From Octopus bimaculoides (lineage: Eukaryota): DNA of 56,258 bases. The notes beneath the pieces were generated by a model that saw only the letters and a list, made by a program, of their open reading frames with translations, made no database searches and was not told the DNA's origin. Where the stretch lies: contig NC_069004.1 of assembly GCF_001194135.2 (NCBI RefSeq), positions 10,918,104-10,974,361 on the forward strand. The letters run 5' to 3'. The position numbers and the translations under genes were made by a program. Positions 1 to 12,372 of the stretch are shown one piece after another; the stretch's first letter is position 1, and the number at the start of each line of letters is the position of its first letter.

Positions 1-333
1 ATATATATATATATATATATATAAATGAAACATTCAAACACTGAGATCTGAAGTTAGATGTTACTACTGTTCATATCATCGGTGGATAAATTATAAATTT
101 GATGATATCACCAGTAGTGACATGGGTGGAACGCAGTCATAATAGCTTTAAATAGCTATGAATTACAAATTTGCACGAAGCGTAATGATGCTTAAGAAGC
201 ATCTACCTGCTAGAAATAAGAGTTAAGTCTTAAATTAATCCACCGTAGCACACCAATATAACAGAGAAAAACAGTGTGCGATGAAAACAGAGAGAATTAA
301 AACATTTAACAGCACAAATAAAAATATGCAATT

Positions 334-377
<44 letters not shown>

Positions 378-397
378 ACACACACACACACACACAG

Positions 398-905
398 TAT
401 TGAGTACAAGTAATAAATGACGATGATTGCTGTGTTGAAGTTACTCATAGAATAAGGCGAGAGAAAATTACATGGGTGAAAAAGACCTTCACTTCAGAAG
501 ACATAACGCTGCACCTAAAATTGAGGCTAATTAGTCCTCTACGAGGCTGAATCTCGGGTAGCGTATAGAACTATGGAGAATATAGAAGCTGTTGGCATGT
601 GAATGTTTTGCAGATTGGACAGGACAAGTTGCAAAGATAGGTTATCAAACGCTGCAGTATTAGAAAAGATGAAGGTCTATAGGTGCTCACTGTTGAAAAT
701 TCAGTCCATAAAGCCATCATGCTTTAGACATACAATCCTGCTACGAGCCACTTCGCAAGACCATCCTGACAGGAAGTGTTGAGAGGAAGATACCGTAAAA
801 GACTATTGTAGAAAGGAGTCGAATCAGGAGCCTGGCTGATTGTATGCATGCCGTACAACAAGAGGGAACTGGAGAACCTTGGCAAACCGAGCCCTAAACA
901 AAGAA
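398..905 (+). mobile_element. RTE-clade LINE remnant (C-terminal RT region, disrupted)
   Basis: Manual translation across frameshifts and stops gives QVINDDDCCVEVTHRIRREKITWVKKTFTSEDITLHLKLRLI / VLYEAESR...ENIEAVGM*MFCRLDRTSCKDRLSNAAVLEKM / KTILTGSVERK. This is collinear with the RTE consensus YLGS.I..DG....EI..RI...K.AF......L.....L..K.RL...VL.YG.E.W....IEAFEMW..RR...ISW.DR..N..VL...IL.G.VEG.R. Confidence 0.7.
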
Positions 906-1237
906 AGGGCAACTGGCTGATTTTATATATATATTTTTAACAGAGTGTGGGCTGCCTTAATCAATCGTTTGATGCATTCAATGTATTGAAGATAACTGGC
1001 GGTAATCAACGCTAACGGTGGTCACACGAGATATTGAGTTCATCTCTTTGGATCCAAGACACTCCGTTATCACGTGTCACCAAGTGACGTCAAACATGTT
1101 TCAGGAAATGACGGTTATCATTAGAAAAGAACGGTTTCTTAATTAGCACTCTTCAATTAATGATATGACAGTCTGTTAATAAACCGGTTTGTATTTAGTA
1201 TGTGTGCGACGTTTCTTTTGTGGTTCAGTTTATATAT

Positions 1238-1621
1238 GTTGTTGGCACTCCGTCGCTTACGACGTCGAGGGTTCCAGTTGATCCTATCAACGGAACAACC
1301 TGCTCGTGAAATTAACGTGCAAGTGGCTGAGCACTCCACAGACACGTGTACCCTTAACGTGGTTCTCGGGGATATTCAGCGTGACACAGAGTGACAAGGC
1401 CGGCCCTTTGAAATACAGGCACAACAGAAACGGGTAGTAAGAGTGAGAGAAAGTTGTGGTGAAAGAGTACAGCAGGATTCGCCACCATCCCCTGCCGGAG
1501 CCTCGTGGAGCTTTAGGTGTTTTCGCTCAATAAACACTCACAACGCCCGGTCTGGGAATCGAAATCGCGCGATCCTATGACCGCGAGTCCGCTGCCCTAA
1601 CCACTGGGCCATTGCACCTCC
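1238..1621 (-). mobile_element. tRNA-derived SINE, family A, full length
   Basis: The minus strand begins GGAGGTGCAATGGCCCAGTGGTTAGGG (A box) and has a TTTCGATTCCC B box. The body is near-identical to copies at 7981, 16547 and 21994, and the 3' end is ...GTAAGCGACGGAGTGCCAACAA. Confidence 0.9.
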
Positions 1622-2897
1622 ACTCAGTTTATATATAAAGACGCATATAAATCAAACGGTTCCAAAAGCCAAAAACAAAGAACATGATGCTTGAAAACAT
1701 AAACAAAGAAACAATAATAAAGCATCTGTGAAGTTTTCATGTAAATAATTGACAATGTTTATGTCCACAGAACACAGCTGTTGGGGAGAGGCAAAGGCGG
1801 GGGTAGAGATAAAAATAGGTTGGGTGAGGTTGGGGGGGGGCGTAGTGAAATCAGCCATAATTTGTTCACCTAACATTGACCTTTGCAATACAAAGATAAC
1901 ATTTAACTCTCCAGACATGCCCCGCCTCTTCCCATCTCCCACTATTTATATCTATCTAGCTATCTAGACAGACAGATAGACAGACAAACAGATAGATAGA
2001 TAGATAGATAGATAGATATTTTACATAGACTCGCGGACATAGGCACATATTGTGACTTAGACATATAATGAAAAAACACATACATCGAGTGACACACATA
2101 TATAAACCTTTAACTGTGAGGTGTTTATACTTAAAAGTTTGTGTGTTTTTTTACCACGTACACATACGAGTCTCTCAATATTAGGCGACCATTGTTCGCA
2201 GGCGTTCAGAAACGAGAAATCACGACATTCAGTCATGATTAAGTTTACACTCCACAGTCGTATATATATAGAGAGAGGGAGAGGGGGAGAGAGAGAGAGA
2301 GAGAGCTTTGTGGGTGACTGTGTGCATGCGTGCATGTAACAAATGGCACTTTGATAACATTCACAAGCTTCTGAGCATGATCAGAGTTTAAGTATTTGAA
2401 GTTTGAAACTATAAAATTTTATAAACAGCTAAAATAAATTAATAAATAATAAAGAAAAAATCTACCAAAACAAAAACAAAAAAACATCCGACAGGGCAGA
2501 GAAAACAAAGGTTATTTATCTGGACAAGATTAAGATATGTAAAGCTGTCAGAAGGAGTAAAAAGTAGGAAATATAAACATGAAACATAACTTTCTTTTTT
2601 ATTCTTTGATAAATTCCACTTGAGATAATATCACCCCAAGATTCGAACTAACACACAGAGGGACATTGATACATGTATACATGTGTGTGGACCGGTTTAT
2701 GCATGTACTTATTTATCACTATTTATCCACGTCTTTCTGGGTAGTATTCAAACACTCAACTATGCGTTGCATCTTTTAGCAAAAGTTGTTGTGAGGTAAT
2801 GACGTTCATAGCAAACTTGTTTATTTGTTTGTCAACTCAATTTCTTATCACTCTACTCGGCTGACGCTTCGTTCTAAAGCATATACAATTTCTTGTA

Positions 2898-3790
2898 GAC
2901 TTATGACTGAGCTCCCTTCCGAATGACAGGTCGTAAGTCGATTTGGTCGAATAATTTTCGGAAATTATCTTACTGTTGTCGATTTGGTCCAACAGTTTTC
3001 GGAAATCATCTCGCTGTTGTCGATTTGGTCCAACAATTTTCGGAAACCATCTCGCTGTTGTTTCTGCGTAGAAAGGTGGTATTCAAGAAATACGAGAATG
3101 GTAGAGCGGACATCACCAGGCACTTCATTGCTACCAGTTTGACAAAAGTGGTCGAGAACAAGGCAAAATGGAAAGGCAGTGAAACAGTAATGTACCACGA
3201 AGATAAAAAAATTATGATGATTTGCAACAGTGGCAAAAGTAGAGGAATTTATTGTTAAAATAAACGACGAAAGAAATAATTTCACACATTTCTGAAATAA
3301 TTCTCTTACAAACTATTTACCCTGAACATAAATTCCAACGATGCCAGAATACCAAAATGCAACAGCACCCCACCCACTCTAGACCAGCATCAATTTGAAG
3401 AAAAACGCTAGACTCTAAAGAAAATCAGTAGAACTTTATTTACTGGTCGCCCACAAACTCCAACGACAGAATTCTGTCCGAAATGTTGAGAATTATTTTT
3501 TCTTCAATACTCAAAATATCACATCGCCCACTATATTTACGGAGGAAGAGGCGATTGCAAAATTATTTATTATTTTGCTTTTATTACTCTCTACAACACT
3601 TTTTAATTTCGTTGCAATAATTCAGTTCACAGTAGAGCATAAAAGATGGCTGCCTACACGTTGGAACTAACAACACCGTTTCAGTAGACAAGAAAGAAGC
3701 TTCCAGACAATTGTGCCAAAGTATAAACTGTTGTAATTACTGGGAATCTGCCAACGGCACTTTGGTGTATTTCCTATTGCTTCCACCAAC
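2898..3790 (+). mobile_element. Possible highly degenerate DNA transposon (Mutator-like) remnant
   Basis: Protein-like composition follows the subterminal-like tandem array. Near 3745-3790 a frameshifted NGTF-GVFPIA-F-HQL resembles the MULE DGTF...P..F.QL motif. Weak evidence. Confidence 0.25.
2937..3059. repeat. 41-bp tandem repeat, 3 copies
   Basis: Units start at 2937, 2978 and 3019. Consensus GTCGATTTGGTCCAACAATTTTCGGAAATCATCTCGCTGTT. Confidence 0.95.
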
Positions 3791-3799
3791 TGCGCATTT

Positions 3800-3831
<32 letters not shown>

Positions 3832-3890
3832 CACACACACACACATACACACGTGTGTCCGTGCATATATATATATATACACACACACAT

Positions 3891-3949
<59 letters not shown>

Positions 3950-4820
3950 NNNNNNNNNNNNNNNNNNNNNNNNNNNNNNNNNNNNNNNNNNNNNNNNNNN
4001 NNNNNNNNNNNNNNNNNNNNNNNNNNNNNNNNNNNNNNNNNNNNNNNNNNNNNNNNNNNNNNNNNNNNNNNNNNNNNNNNNNNNNNNNNNNNNNNNNNNN
4101 NNNNNNNNNNNNNNNNNNNNNNNNNNNNNNNNNNNNNNNNNNNNNNNNNNNNNNNNNNNNNNNNNNNNNNNNNNNNNNNNNNNNNNNNNNNNNNNNNNNN
4201 NNNNNNNNNNNNNNNNNNNNNNNNNNNNNNNNNNNNNNNNNNNNNNNNNNNNNNNNNNNNNNNNNNNNNNNNNNNNNNNNNNNNNNNNNNNNNNNNNNNN
4301 NNNNNNNNNNNNNNNNNNNNNNNNNNNNNNNNNNNNNNNNNNNNNNNNNNNNNNNNNNNNNNNNNNNNNNNNNNNNNNNNNNNNNNNNNNNNNNNNNNNN
4401 NNNNNNNNNNNNNNNNNNNNNNNNNNNNNNNNNNNNNNNNNNNNNNNNNNNNNNNNNNNNNNNNNNNNNNNNNNNNNNNNNNNNNNNNNNNNNNNNNNNN
4501 NNNNNNNNNNNNNNNNNNNNNNNNNNNNNNNNNNNNNNNNNNNNNNNNNNNNNNNNNNNNNNNNNNNNNNNNNNNNNNNNNNNNNNNNNNNNNNNNNNNN
4601 NNNNNNNNNNNNNNNNNNNNNNNNNNNNNNNNNNNNNNNNNNNNNNNNNNNNNNNNNNNNNNNNNNNNNNNNNNNNNNNNNNNNNNNNNNNNNNNNNNNN
4701 NNNNNNNNNNNNNNNNNNNNNNNNNNNNNNNNNNNNNNNNNNNNNNNNNNNNNNNNNNNNNNNNNNNNNNNNNNNNNNNNNNNNNNNNNNNNNNNNNNNN
4801 NNNNNNNNNNNNNNNNNNNA
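3950..4820. other. Assembly gap (first of 13)
   Basis: N-runs at 3950-4820, 8917-9687, 11983-12160, 14081-14768, 18940-19204, 22885-23423, 24389-24442, 32805-33081, 38626-38635, 42433-42645, 49721-49949, 51513-51522 and 54491-54609. Most abut microsatellites or SINEs. Confidence 0.99.
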
Positions 4821-5100
4821 AAGTTCATTCCTTTCATCCTTTGTTGAAATTTCAAGTGTTAAACACTTATTTGTATAAGAATTGGTATATTTTTTTCTTA
4901 ATGTATAGAAGACCTCGGCAAAACTCATCCTGCTATTAGACGTGTTGGTAATCCTATAAATCCGATCCAAGTTTGAAAATTCATCCACCGCGAATATTTC
5001 AACATTAAATTTTAAATTTGGTTAGACCTCAGAATATTGCAAATAAATAGTTTTTGTTAGAAGATTCCATTTCAAATTCAATTTCAATTAAATTAAAAAA
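4821..5100 (+). mobile_element. Possible Penelope-like RT thumb remnant
   Basis: Frameshifted pieces HSFHPLLKF, LLDVLVI and TLNF are in the order expected for PLE RT (NSFHP.LKF...FLDV...YLNF.S.HP). Degenerate. Confidence 0.35.
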
Positions 5101-5337
5101 ATTTTTTTTTTTTTTTTATGAAGTAATATATTGGAATCTGAGTTCAAATTCTTAAGCATTTATTTTTAATTAATTAATTGTAAATTGATATCATTAGACT
5201 TCCCTTATTAAGTCTCTATGTTTAACATGCATATATATCTAATATTTACCCCTATATATATGTATATATATAGGTATATATACCCAAATATGTGCGCTTT
5301 TTATATAGATATGTTCATAAGAATACACACGTGTTTT

Positions 5338-5769
5338 TTATTTTACCTTATTTTTGGATTTATTATAATATTTGAAGGTTTTATAATACCTGTGTTTACA
5401 TGATGTTATCGCATCTAATCTATTATTTATTAAGTTATCTAGTTTATATAGTAATATATTCAGCGATTCTAATGTGCATAAACGGCAATTATTTGATTTA
5501 TGTGTGTATGGTGTGGCAGAATCTATTATTGACCAGTTTAGATTATAATTTATTTTATTTTTATTAAGTTTTTGTATATATGTAGCTAATGAGGTTGTAT
5601 TATTATTTGTATTTGGTTTAAAGGAATGTATATGTGCCAGGTATCTTTGTTTAGAATTAATAGAGCTCCCTATGTATACCATTTTATGTGAGTTATTAGT
5701 TATTGTTACTATGCATTTATATATTATATTTAATCTTTTGCAATTTATTTGCTCAAAATAATTGAGCAC
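5338..5769 (-). mobile_element. GIY-YIG endonuclease ORF of a Penelope-like element (143 aa, stop-free, 5' truncated)
   Basis: IIYKCIVT...VYIGSSINSKQRYLAHIHSF...TSLATYI...YNLNWSIIDSATPY...CRLCTLESLNIL...LINNRLD.ITSCKHR matches the PLE GIY-YIG type with the C-terminal C.LC..E...N.R....CRH extension. Confidence 0.85.
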
Positions 5770-5817
5770 TCAACATAAGTTCAGTTATATATTCTTTTAG
5801 AATATTACTTATAAAAG

Positions 5818-5858
<41 letters not shown>

Positions 5859-7980
5859 ACCTGCATACAAGTACGCGCATAACAAACGAACACACAAATG
5901 AGGCAAACTGGTAGAGTCGTTGACCCATCGAACAAAAATGCTTAGCTTTTTTTCCGGCCCTTTACGTTGTGATTTCAAATGTCGCTGATATCGATAAAAT
6001 TACATTGAAACCATTCAAGCACTGATTTAATCAACTTCCTCTCCCCCGAAAAATTGCTGGTCTTGTATCAAAATTTGAATTATACGAACATACACACTTA
6101 CCTACATGCATTCATACACACACACACAACACTCTTTCGCACACGTTTACATCATATGCACATTCACAGGTGTGAGCTTATGCTAATACTATATGGCTCA
6201 GTAATAGCTTGACCTGCAAGAAAAAGTGTCGACACACCCTGAAATATCACCCTATCGTTTTATAAATAGAGGGACACGCTAGAAAATGCCATTCTGAATA
6301 CCCAGTGCTAGGGAGAACAGGAAGATTATGGTTGCAATGCCTCTGAGAAAAGATAATACACCTCAAAGGTTAATCTGGGATTAACCACCAACATTTTAGT
6401 CAATCTGTTACAGCCAGCACTCACTATTATAAGCCGAAGAGCATTTCCAAAGATATATTAAATCCAATGGCACATTCTGAAGTGGGTAACGTGTAATTTG
6501 AGGGAAATTCAGCTGTTATTTGTAGCAGGTCGTGTCACTGCATAAAGGTACCACGTTGATTTGTATGTCCTCAAACACACACACACACAGATATGATGCA
6601 AATGTTGGCATAATATCTTTATTATTAAGTGGCATAGGTTGTTCAAATTGTGTATGTTACTAGAGTCATTCCTCCTCTATACAGAGTACAACTCCAAATG
6701 AATAAGAAATACAACAGGTGCGTAACTGAAAGATCGCACATTCCTTTTAGATGTAAGAACCTCACTGCACTATTTAATTCCAGATCCAAAATTTTCTGCA
6801 AATGCAAGCACAAGTAAAAACTTTTCTTGGCGAACTGGAAGACACCACCCTTTCCAGATTGAGCAGCTATCTCGCAGACTTTGGACTCCTCTCCGTTGAA
6901 CTCTTCGACAGCAAGTTTAAATGCGTCTTCTACGGTCAAATGAGACGTAATTCTAATTTCTTTCCTTCGCGTTTTCCATTTTTATTCACCCTTCTAATTT
7001 TCGCATCACCCTACTCATCTTTTTTCGTTGTGATTTCTCATGTACAGGCGTCCTGGTTTTCAAATAGAACAAACAATATGCTTAGACACTTAAGGCTGCT
7101 TTGAGAGACAAAGGTGTGTTATAAAAGCATGTCTAGACACGTGTCTTCACAGCAAGAATCTATTAGCTCTTATCTTACTACTGTGTACAATAAATGACAA
7201 TTGTCTCTCTCACTGGATACAGTACTTTTTTGTTGGTCTTACCTTAACGGAACAGTAAACCATGTATGTGTGTGTGTGTGTGTCTGGGTGTACGTGCAGA
7301 TATAAACGTGTGTAGATTCTGCTTGAAAAAAAAAGTGACTAATTGTTACATCACAATTATAATGATAAGGAATAAATAAGTAAAAAGGCGACACAGAAAT
7401 TCTTGACCGCGAAGCCTTCTCTTTTAAACTGTTGCTTTACAAAACACGACATGCTATGAACGAAAGTGATATGTTGTTTATGAATAGAACAACATGCGAG
7501 TGTGTGTGTGTGTGTGTATGTATGTATATTCATGTAATAACTGGGTGTACACGACTGCGTGCGTGCGTGTGGTGTATGTGTGTTTGCATAATCAGGTTAA
7601 TTACACAATGTTTTGGCTTCTTTTCCACTGGACAATTTTTGTCATTTTTTTTGTTTGTGTTTTGTTTTCGTTGTGGTGGTTAGAGGGAGGAAATGACGGG
7701 GCAGGAGGGGTTAGAGGTGAGGTGAGGGGAATTACTTTTTGTGTGAGTTATATTTAATCTTTTGTTTGTTTGTTTGATATTCTATATTATCAGCCCAGTT
7801 AATTATCAGACATTTTATTTAAAGTATCACCTTTTGTTTTTATTGTGTTATTCTTGTATGTATTGCGGCAGACAAGCAGACGGAGTGAGACACAGACGGG
7901 CGGGCGGGCGGACAGATAGGATGACTGAGACAGACAAGCATGCAGAAAGAGAGACAGACAGACACACGTGTGCGGGTGTG

Positions 7981-8361
7981 TGGAAGTGCAATGGCCCAGA
8001 GGTTGGGGCTGCTGACGCGCGGTCGTAGGACCGCAGTTTCGATTCTCAGACCATACGTTGTGAGTGTTTATAAAGCGAAAATACCTAAAGCTCCACGAGG
8101 CTGCGGCAGAGGGTGGTGGCAAACCCTGCGGTACTCTTTTACCACAACTTTCTATCACTCTTTCTTCTTGTTTCTGTTGTACCTGTATTTCAAAGGGCCA
8201 GCCTTGTGATACACTGTGTCACGCTAACTCTCCCCGAGAAGTATATTAAGAGTACACGTGTCTGTGGAGTGCTCAGCCACTTGCACGTTAATTTCACGAG
8301 CAGGTTGTTCCGTTGATCGGATCAACTGGAGCCCTCGTCGTCGTAACCGACAGAGTTCCAC
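7981..8361 (+). mobile_element. tRNA-derived SINE, family A
   Basis: Head TGGAAGTGCAATGGCCCAGAGG. The body is the reverse complement of the 1238-1621 copy. Confidence 0.9.
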
Positions 8362-8386
8362 GATATATATATATATATATATACAC

Positions 8387-8441
<55 letters not shown>

Positions 8442-9687
8442 CACAAAGTACTCTTAATGTTTATGCATATATGCGCGTGTGTGTAATCACACAATGTGAA
8501 TAAAAACAGGCATAGCGTGTGCATACACACATATAATTGTGTGTGTGTGTGTGTGTGTCTGCGTGTATTCGCGCGCGCATACAATATTACTGTATATAGT
8601 TAATTAAGCTAATTAATTAGCTCTGTGGTATTTGGTAGACTATATTTATTGGGAGCTGTTGTTTGGAGATGACTTTGGCAACATCTACATCACAGCGTCA
8701 TCACCAACATCATCACGAACAACACCAAAAAATAAAAAAAAACAGAAGTAAAAAAACCAACGTCAGACTGACCAATAAAGGGACGACCACAATAAGCATC
8801 TTTTTCCGTTCCAGGAATTCATTGTTTATATATGTATCTGGCATTAGCTGGTGGTGGTCGTGGTGGGGTTTCAATATTATACATCTCCCTCATATATATA
8901 TATATATATATATATANNNNNNNNNNNNNNNNNNNNNNNNNNNNNNNNNNNNNNNNNNNNNNNNNNNNNNNNNNNNNNNNNNNNNNNNNNNNNNNNNNNN
9001 NNNNNNNNNNNNNNNNNNNNNNNNNNNNNNNNNNNNNNNNNNNNNNNNNNNNNNNNNNNNNNNNNNNNNNNNNNNNNNNNNNNNNNNNNNNNNNNNNNNN
9101 NNNNNNNNNNNNNNNNNNNNNNNNNNNNNNNNNNNNNNNNNNNNNNNNNNNNNNNNNNNNNNNNNNNNNNNNNNNNNNNNNNNNNNNNNNNNNNNNNNNN
9201 NNNNNNNNNNNNNNNNNNNNNNNNNNNNNNNNNNNNNNNNNNNNNNNNNNNNNNNNNNNNNNNNNNNNNNNNNNNNNNNNNNNNNNNNNNNNNNNNNNNN
9301 NNNNNNNNNNNNNNNNNNNNNNNNNNNNNNNNNNNNNNNNNNNNNNNNNNNNNNNNNNNNNNNNNNNNNNNNNNNNNNNNNNNNNNNNNNNNNNNNNNNN
9401 NNNNNNNNNNNNNNNNNNNNNNNNNNNNNNNNNNNNNNNNNNNNNNNNNNNNNNNNNNNNNNNNNNNNNNNNNNNNNNNNNNNNNNNNNNNNNNNNNNNN
9501 NNNNNNNNNNNNNNNNNNNNNNNNNNNNNNNNNNNNNNNNNNNNNNNNNNNNNNNNNNNNNNNNNNNNNNNNNNNNNNNNNNNNNNNNNNNNNNNNNNNN
9601 NNNNNNNNNNNNNNNNNNNNNNNNNNNNNNNNNNNNNNNNNNNNNNNNNNNNNNNNNNNNNNNNNNNNNNNNNNNNNNNNNNNNNNN

Positions 9688-9806
9688 CCGATATTGATGG
9701 AGTAGGTGCTAGACCTACAAAGAAAGTCGATTTGGGGTCGATCTGTTCGACTTAAAGGCCGTGCTCCAGCATGGCCGCAGTCAAATGACTGAAACAAGTA
9801 AAAAAA
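9688..9806 (+). mobile_element. SINE family B, 3' end
   Basis: GGGGTCGATCTGTTCGACTTAAAGGCCGTGCTCCAGCATGGCCGCAGTCAAATGACTGAAACAAGTAAAA matches the 3' end of the 28554-28958 copy. Confidence 0.85.
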
Positions 9807-9883
9807 AATACACACATGCACACGGTCACGTAATTACACAACGATGTTTCTCCATACATAGCCTACAAGAAATATGCACGTAC

Positions 9884-9954
<71 letters not shown>

Positions 9955-11699
9955 CGCACATACACACAGACACGTATTTATCCCTCTACGTTCATCTACG
10001 CACGAAAACACGATCGCCCTCTCGCTCGCTCTCTCTCACACACACACACACACGCGTACATGTTTATTACGTCAAAGGAAACAACAGAAGCAAAAGGCAG
10101 TCACGTGATCAATCATCAAAGCTGACAGCAACCACACCATCAGACTGTCACCTTGTTTCATTATAAAATCGCCAACAACATCCACGTCACTGAGTCAACG
10201 AAGGTGAGTGTCTGAATGGTTGGCCGACTAGCTTGTAATTCCCGTCAAACCTCCTTCAAGTCACACTCCATCTTTATAAAGTGGGAAGGAGACATTAAAT
10301 AATGATCTGAAATTTTGACAGAAGGCCAACAAGTTCATTGTAGGTAGGCAAGTAGATTACATCAACTGATATTTATTTTATCGACCACGTTCCCAAAGGA
10401 TGAAGGGCCTGCCAGTTCGCCGCCTTCAGACTGAATAATGAGGGCCCGAGCAAAAGACAGTATAGACATGGCTAGAATACTTTTGGTCACATGTTTTACT
10501 CAATTTAGTCTGACCTAGGGTTAAATAACAACATTACAATAGTAAAAAGAATCACTATTAAGATGGACTAGCGAGTGCAGCTCCACCATTATATATCATT
10601 TACTCCTTCCTTACCGTCTAAAGCCATGTGACAACACCAAAGCGTAAGATAAATCACTGGCCGAGTATTCTTCCTTTGGATTATTACTCCAGGACCTAAA
10701 CTGTGGAGTGGATGACAAATGGATGACAGACAAATACCCACCTCACTGAACTTGGCGTTAATCTATCATAGATATATTTTCACCAAATTATCTGTTACTT
10801 GTATTTTAGAGCTAAATCTTGCAGTTAACGAGTTCAAAACCGTGAGCTTTTGCACAAATGCTTTATAATTTCAGCTCAACAAGTAACTACAATTCCTAAC
10901 ATTAGTGCAAGTGATGACGTAGGTAAATCTTGTCGCCCTAAGAATTCAGCTACGAATTACGTCAATAATGTTCAAGCTTGTTCTAAAGACCAATTTATTG
11001 GGGAAATGGTTGGTATTATTAACCTGTTACTGTCACCGCGGTAAACAGTCGCACGGTTTGGTGTTTACTAAGTGGTGACATAATGCTTGATCTTCGGCAA
11101 TATTCTTTCAGTCAGGAAATGGTTTGTGCTAGTGATAAATAGACATATGTTTGTTGATTTTAAGAACTGTGTTGTGATATTAGCAACATTTCAAGCACGA
11201 ATAGTTTAGTTTTGAAGAAAATTAAACATACGATGAATGTATTGTTTATTAATATTTTCCTATCAAATTAATTTTTATGTTGTATGATGTGCTGTGTTGC
11301 GATAGTGGATGGTGAACTGGTTGGAAAGGGACGTAAATGTAACAATTGAAGTCGTGAACTTTACAACATCTAATTACATCTTTACAACTTGTAACTGGTT
11401 ATTAGTCCAAAAAGAGATCAGTTTGTGATGAAAGACAAGAAAGTCATGACTGGAACACCTATGGTTATAAGTAATCTGAGAATATTTCTTCCGACTCTTT
11501 ACAGTGTGGTTGTAAAGCCTTCTGAGAAAATCTTTGCATATTATTTCTCCGGGGTAGATAAAGGGCCAGAGAAGTACTTGCGTCGATACGACCGACTAAA
11601 CCCCTTTCCCTCAAAACTGCTATTTATCTAAATCAGAGACCATTATAATTAAAACGAATTTATTATAAAATAAAAGAAATCATTATAATTCTTCTTACA

Positions 11700-11895
11700 T
11701 ACGTCGGGAAAATTGCTTAACGTCACTTCTTCCGGATTTTTACATTCTGAGTTCAAATTCCGCCGAGGTCGGCTTTGCCTTTCATCCTTTCGGGGTCGAT
11801 AGATTAAGTACCAGTTGCATACTGAGGTCGATCTAATCGACTGCCCCCCCCCCTCTCGAAAAATTTCGGGCCTTGTGCCTAGAGTAGAAAAGATG
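11700..11895 (+). mobile_element. SINE family C (left copy of a gap-flanking duplication)
   Basis: GAGTTCAAATTCCGCCGAGGTCGGCTTTGCCTTTCATCCTTTCGGGGTCGATAGATTAAGTACC. Confidence 0.85.
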
Positions 11896-12160
11896 TGCAT
11901 CTTTGATAGTGAGCAGGAGTAGTGGGGAAGCATCATAGCCATATGTTGAGAGGGATTCTTTGGGGTTTGAATAAATGTAACCNNNNNNNNNNNNNNNNNN
12001 NNNNNNNNNNNNNNNNNNNNNNNNNNNNNNNNNNNNNNNNNNNNNNNNNNNNNNNNNNNNNNNNNNNNNNNNNNNNNNNNNNNNNNNNNNNNNNNNNNNN
12101 NNNNNNNNNNNNNNNNNNNNNNNNNNNNNNNNNNNNNNNNNNNNNNNNNNNNNNNNNNNN

Positions 12161-12372
12161 GCCAGCTGGCAGAATCGTTAGCAAGCCGAGCGAAATGCTT
12201 AGTGGCATTTCGTCTGTCTTTACGTTCTGGGTTCAAATTCCGCCGAGGTCGGCTTTGCCTTTCATCCTTTCGGGGTCGATAGATTAAGTACCAGTTGCAT
12301 ACTGAGGTCGATCTAATCGACTGCCCCCCCCCCTCTCGAAAAATTTCGGGCCTTGTGCCTAGAGTAGAAAAG
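12161..12372 (+). mobile_element. SINE family C, full length
   Basis: Head GCTGGCAGAATCGTTAGC, GGTTCAAATTCC B box, and a central domain shared with 13755, 18643, 38168 and 46690. Confidence 0.9.

Noticed and set aside
1560-1621. tRNA-like sequences as tRNA genes (heads of all SINE copies and 22675-22745)
   Set aside because: A and B boxes are present, but I see no complete cloverleaf or acceptor stem, and each continues into a repeat body.
2937-3059. Palindromic repeats resembling CRISPR repeats
   Set aside because: The units are contiguous with no unique spacers, there are no cas genes, and the context is eukaryotic.
3711-4988. Long ORFs spanning N-runs (here and at the other gaps)
   Set aside because: Their length comes from unknown bases, and the flanks are microsatellite translations.
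5160-5337. Possible hammerhead (CTAATGA) or SECIS downstream of the GIY-YIG ORF
   Set aside because: There is no stem II or GAAA after CTAATGA, and the ATGA...AA segment lacks the pairing and 3' GA of a SECIS.
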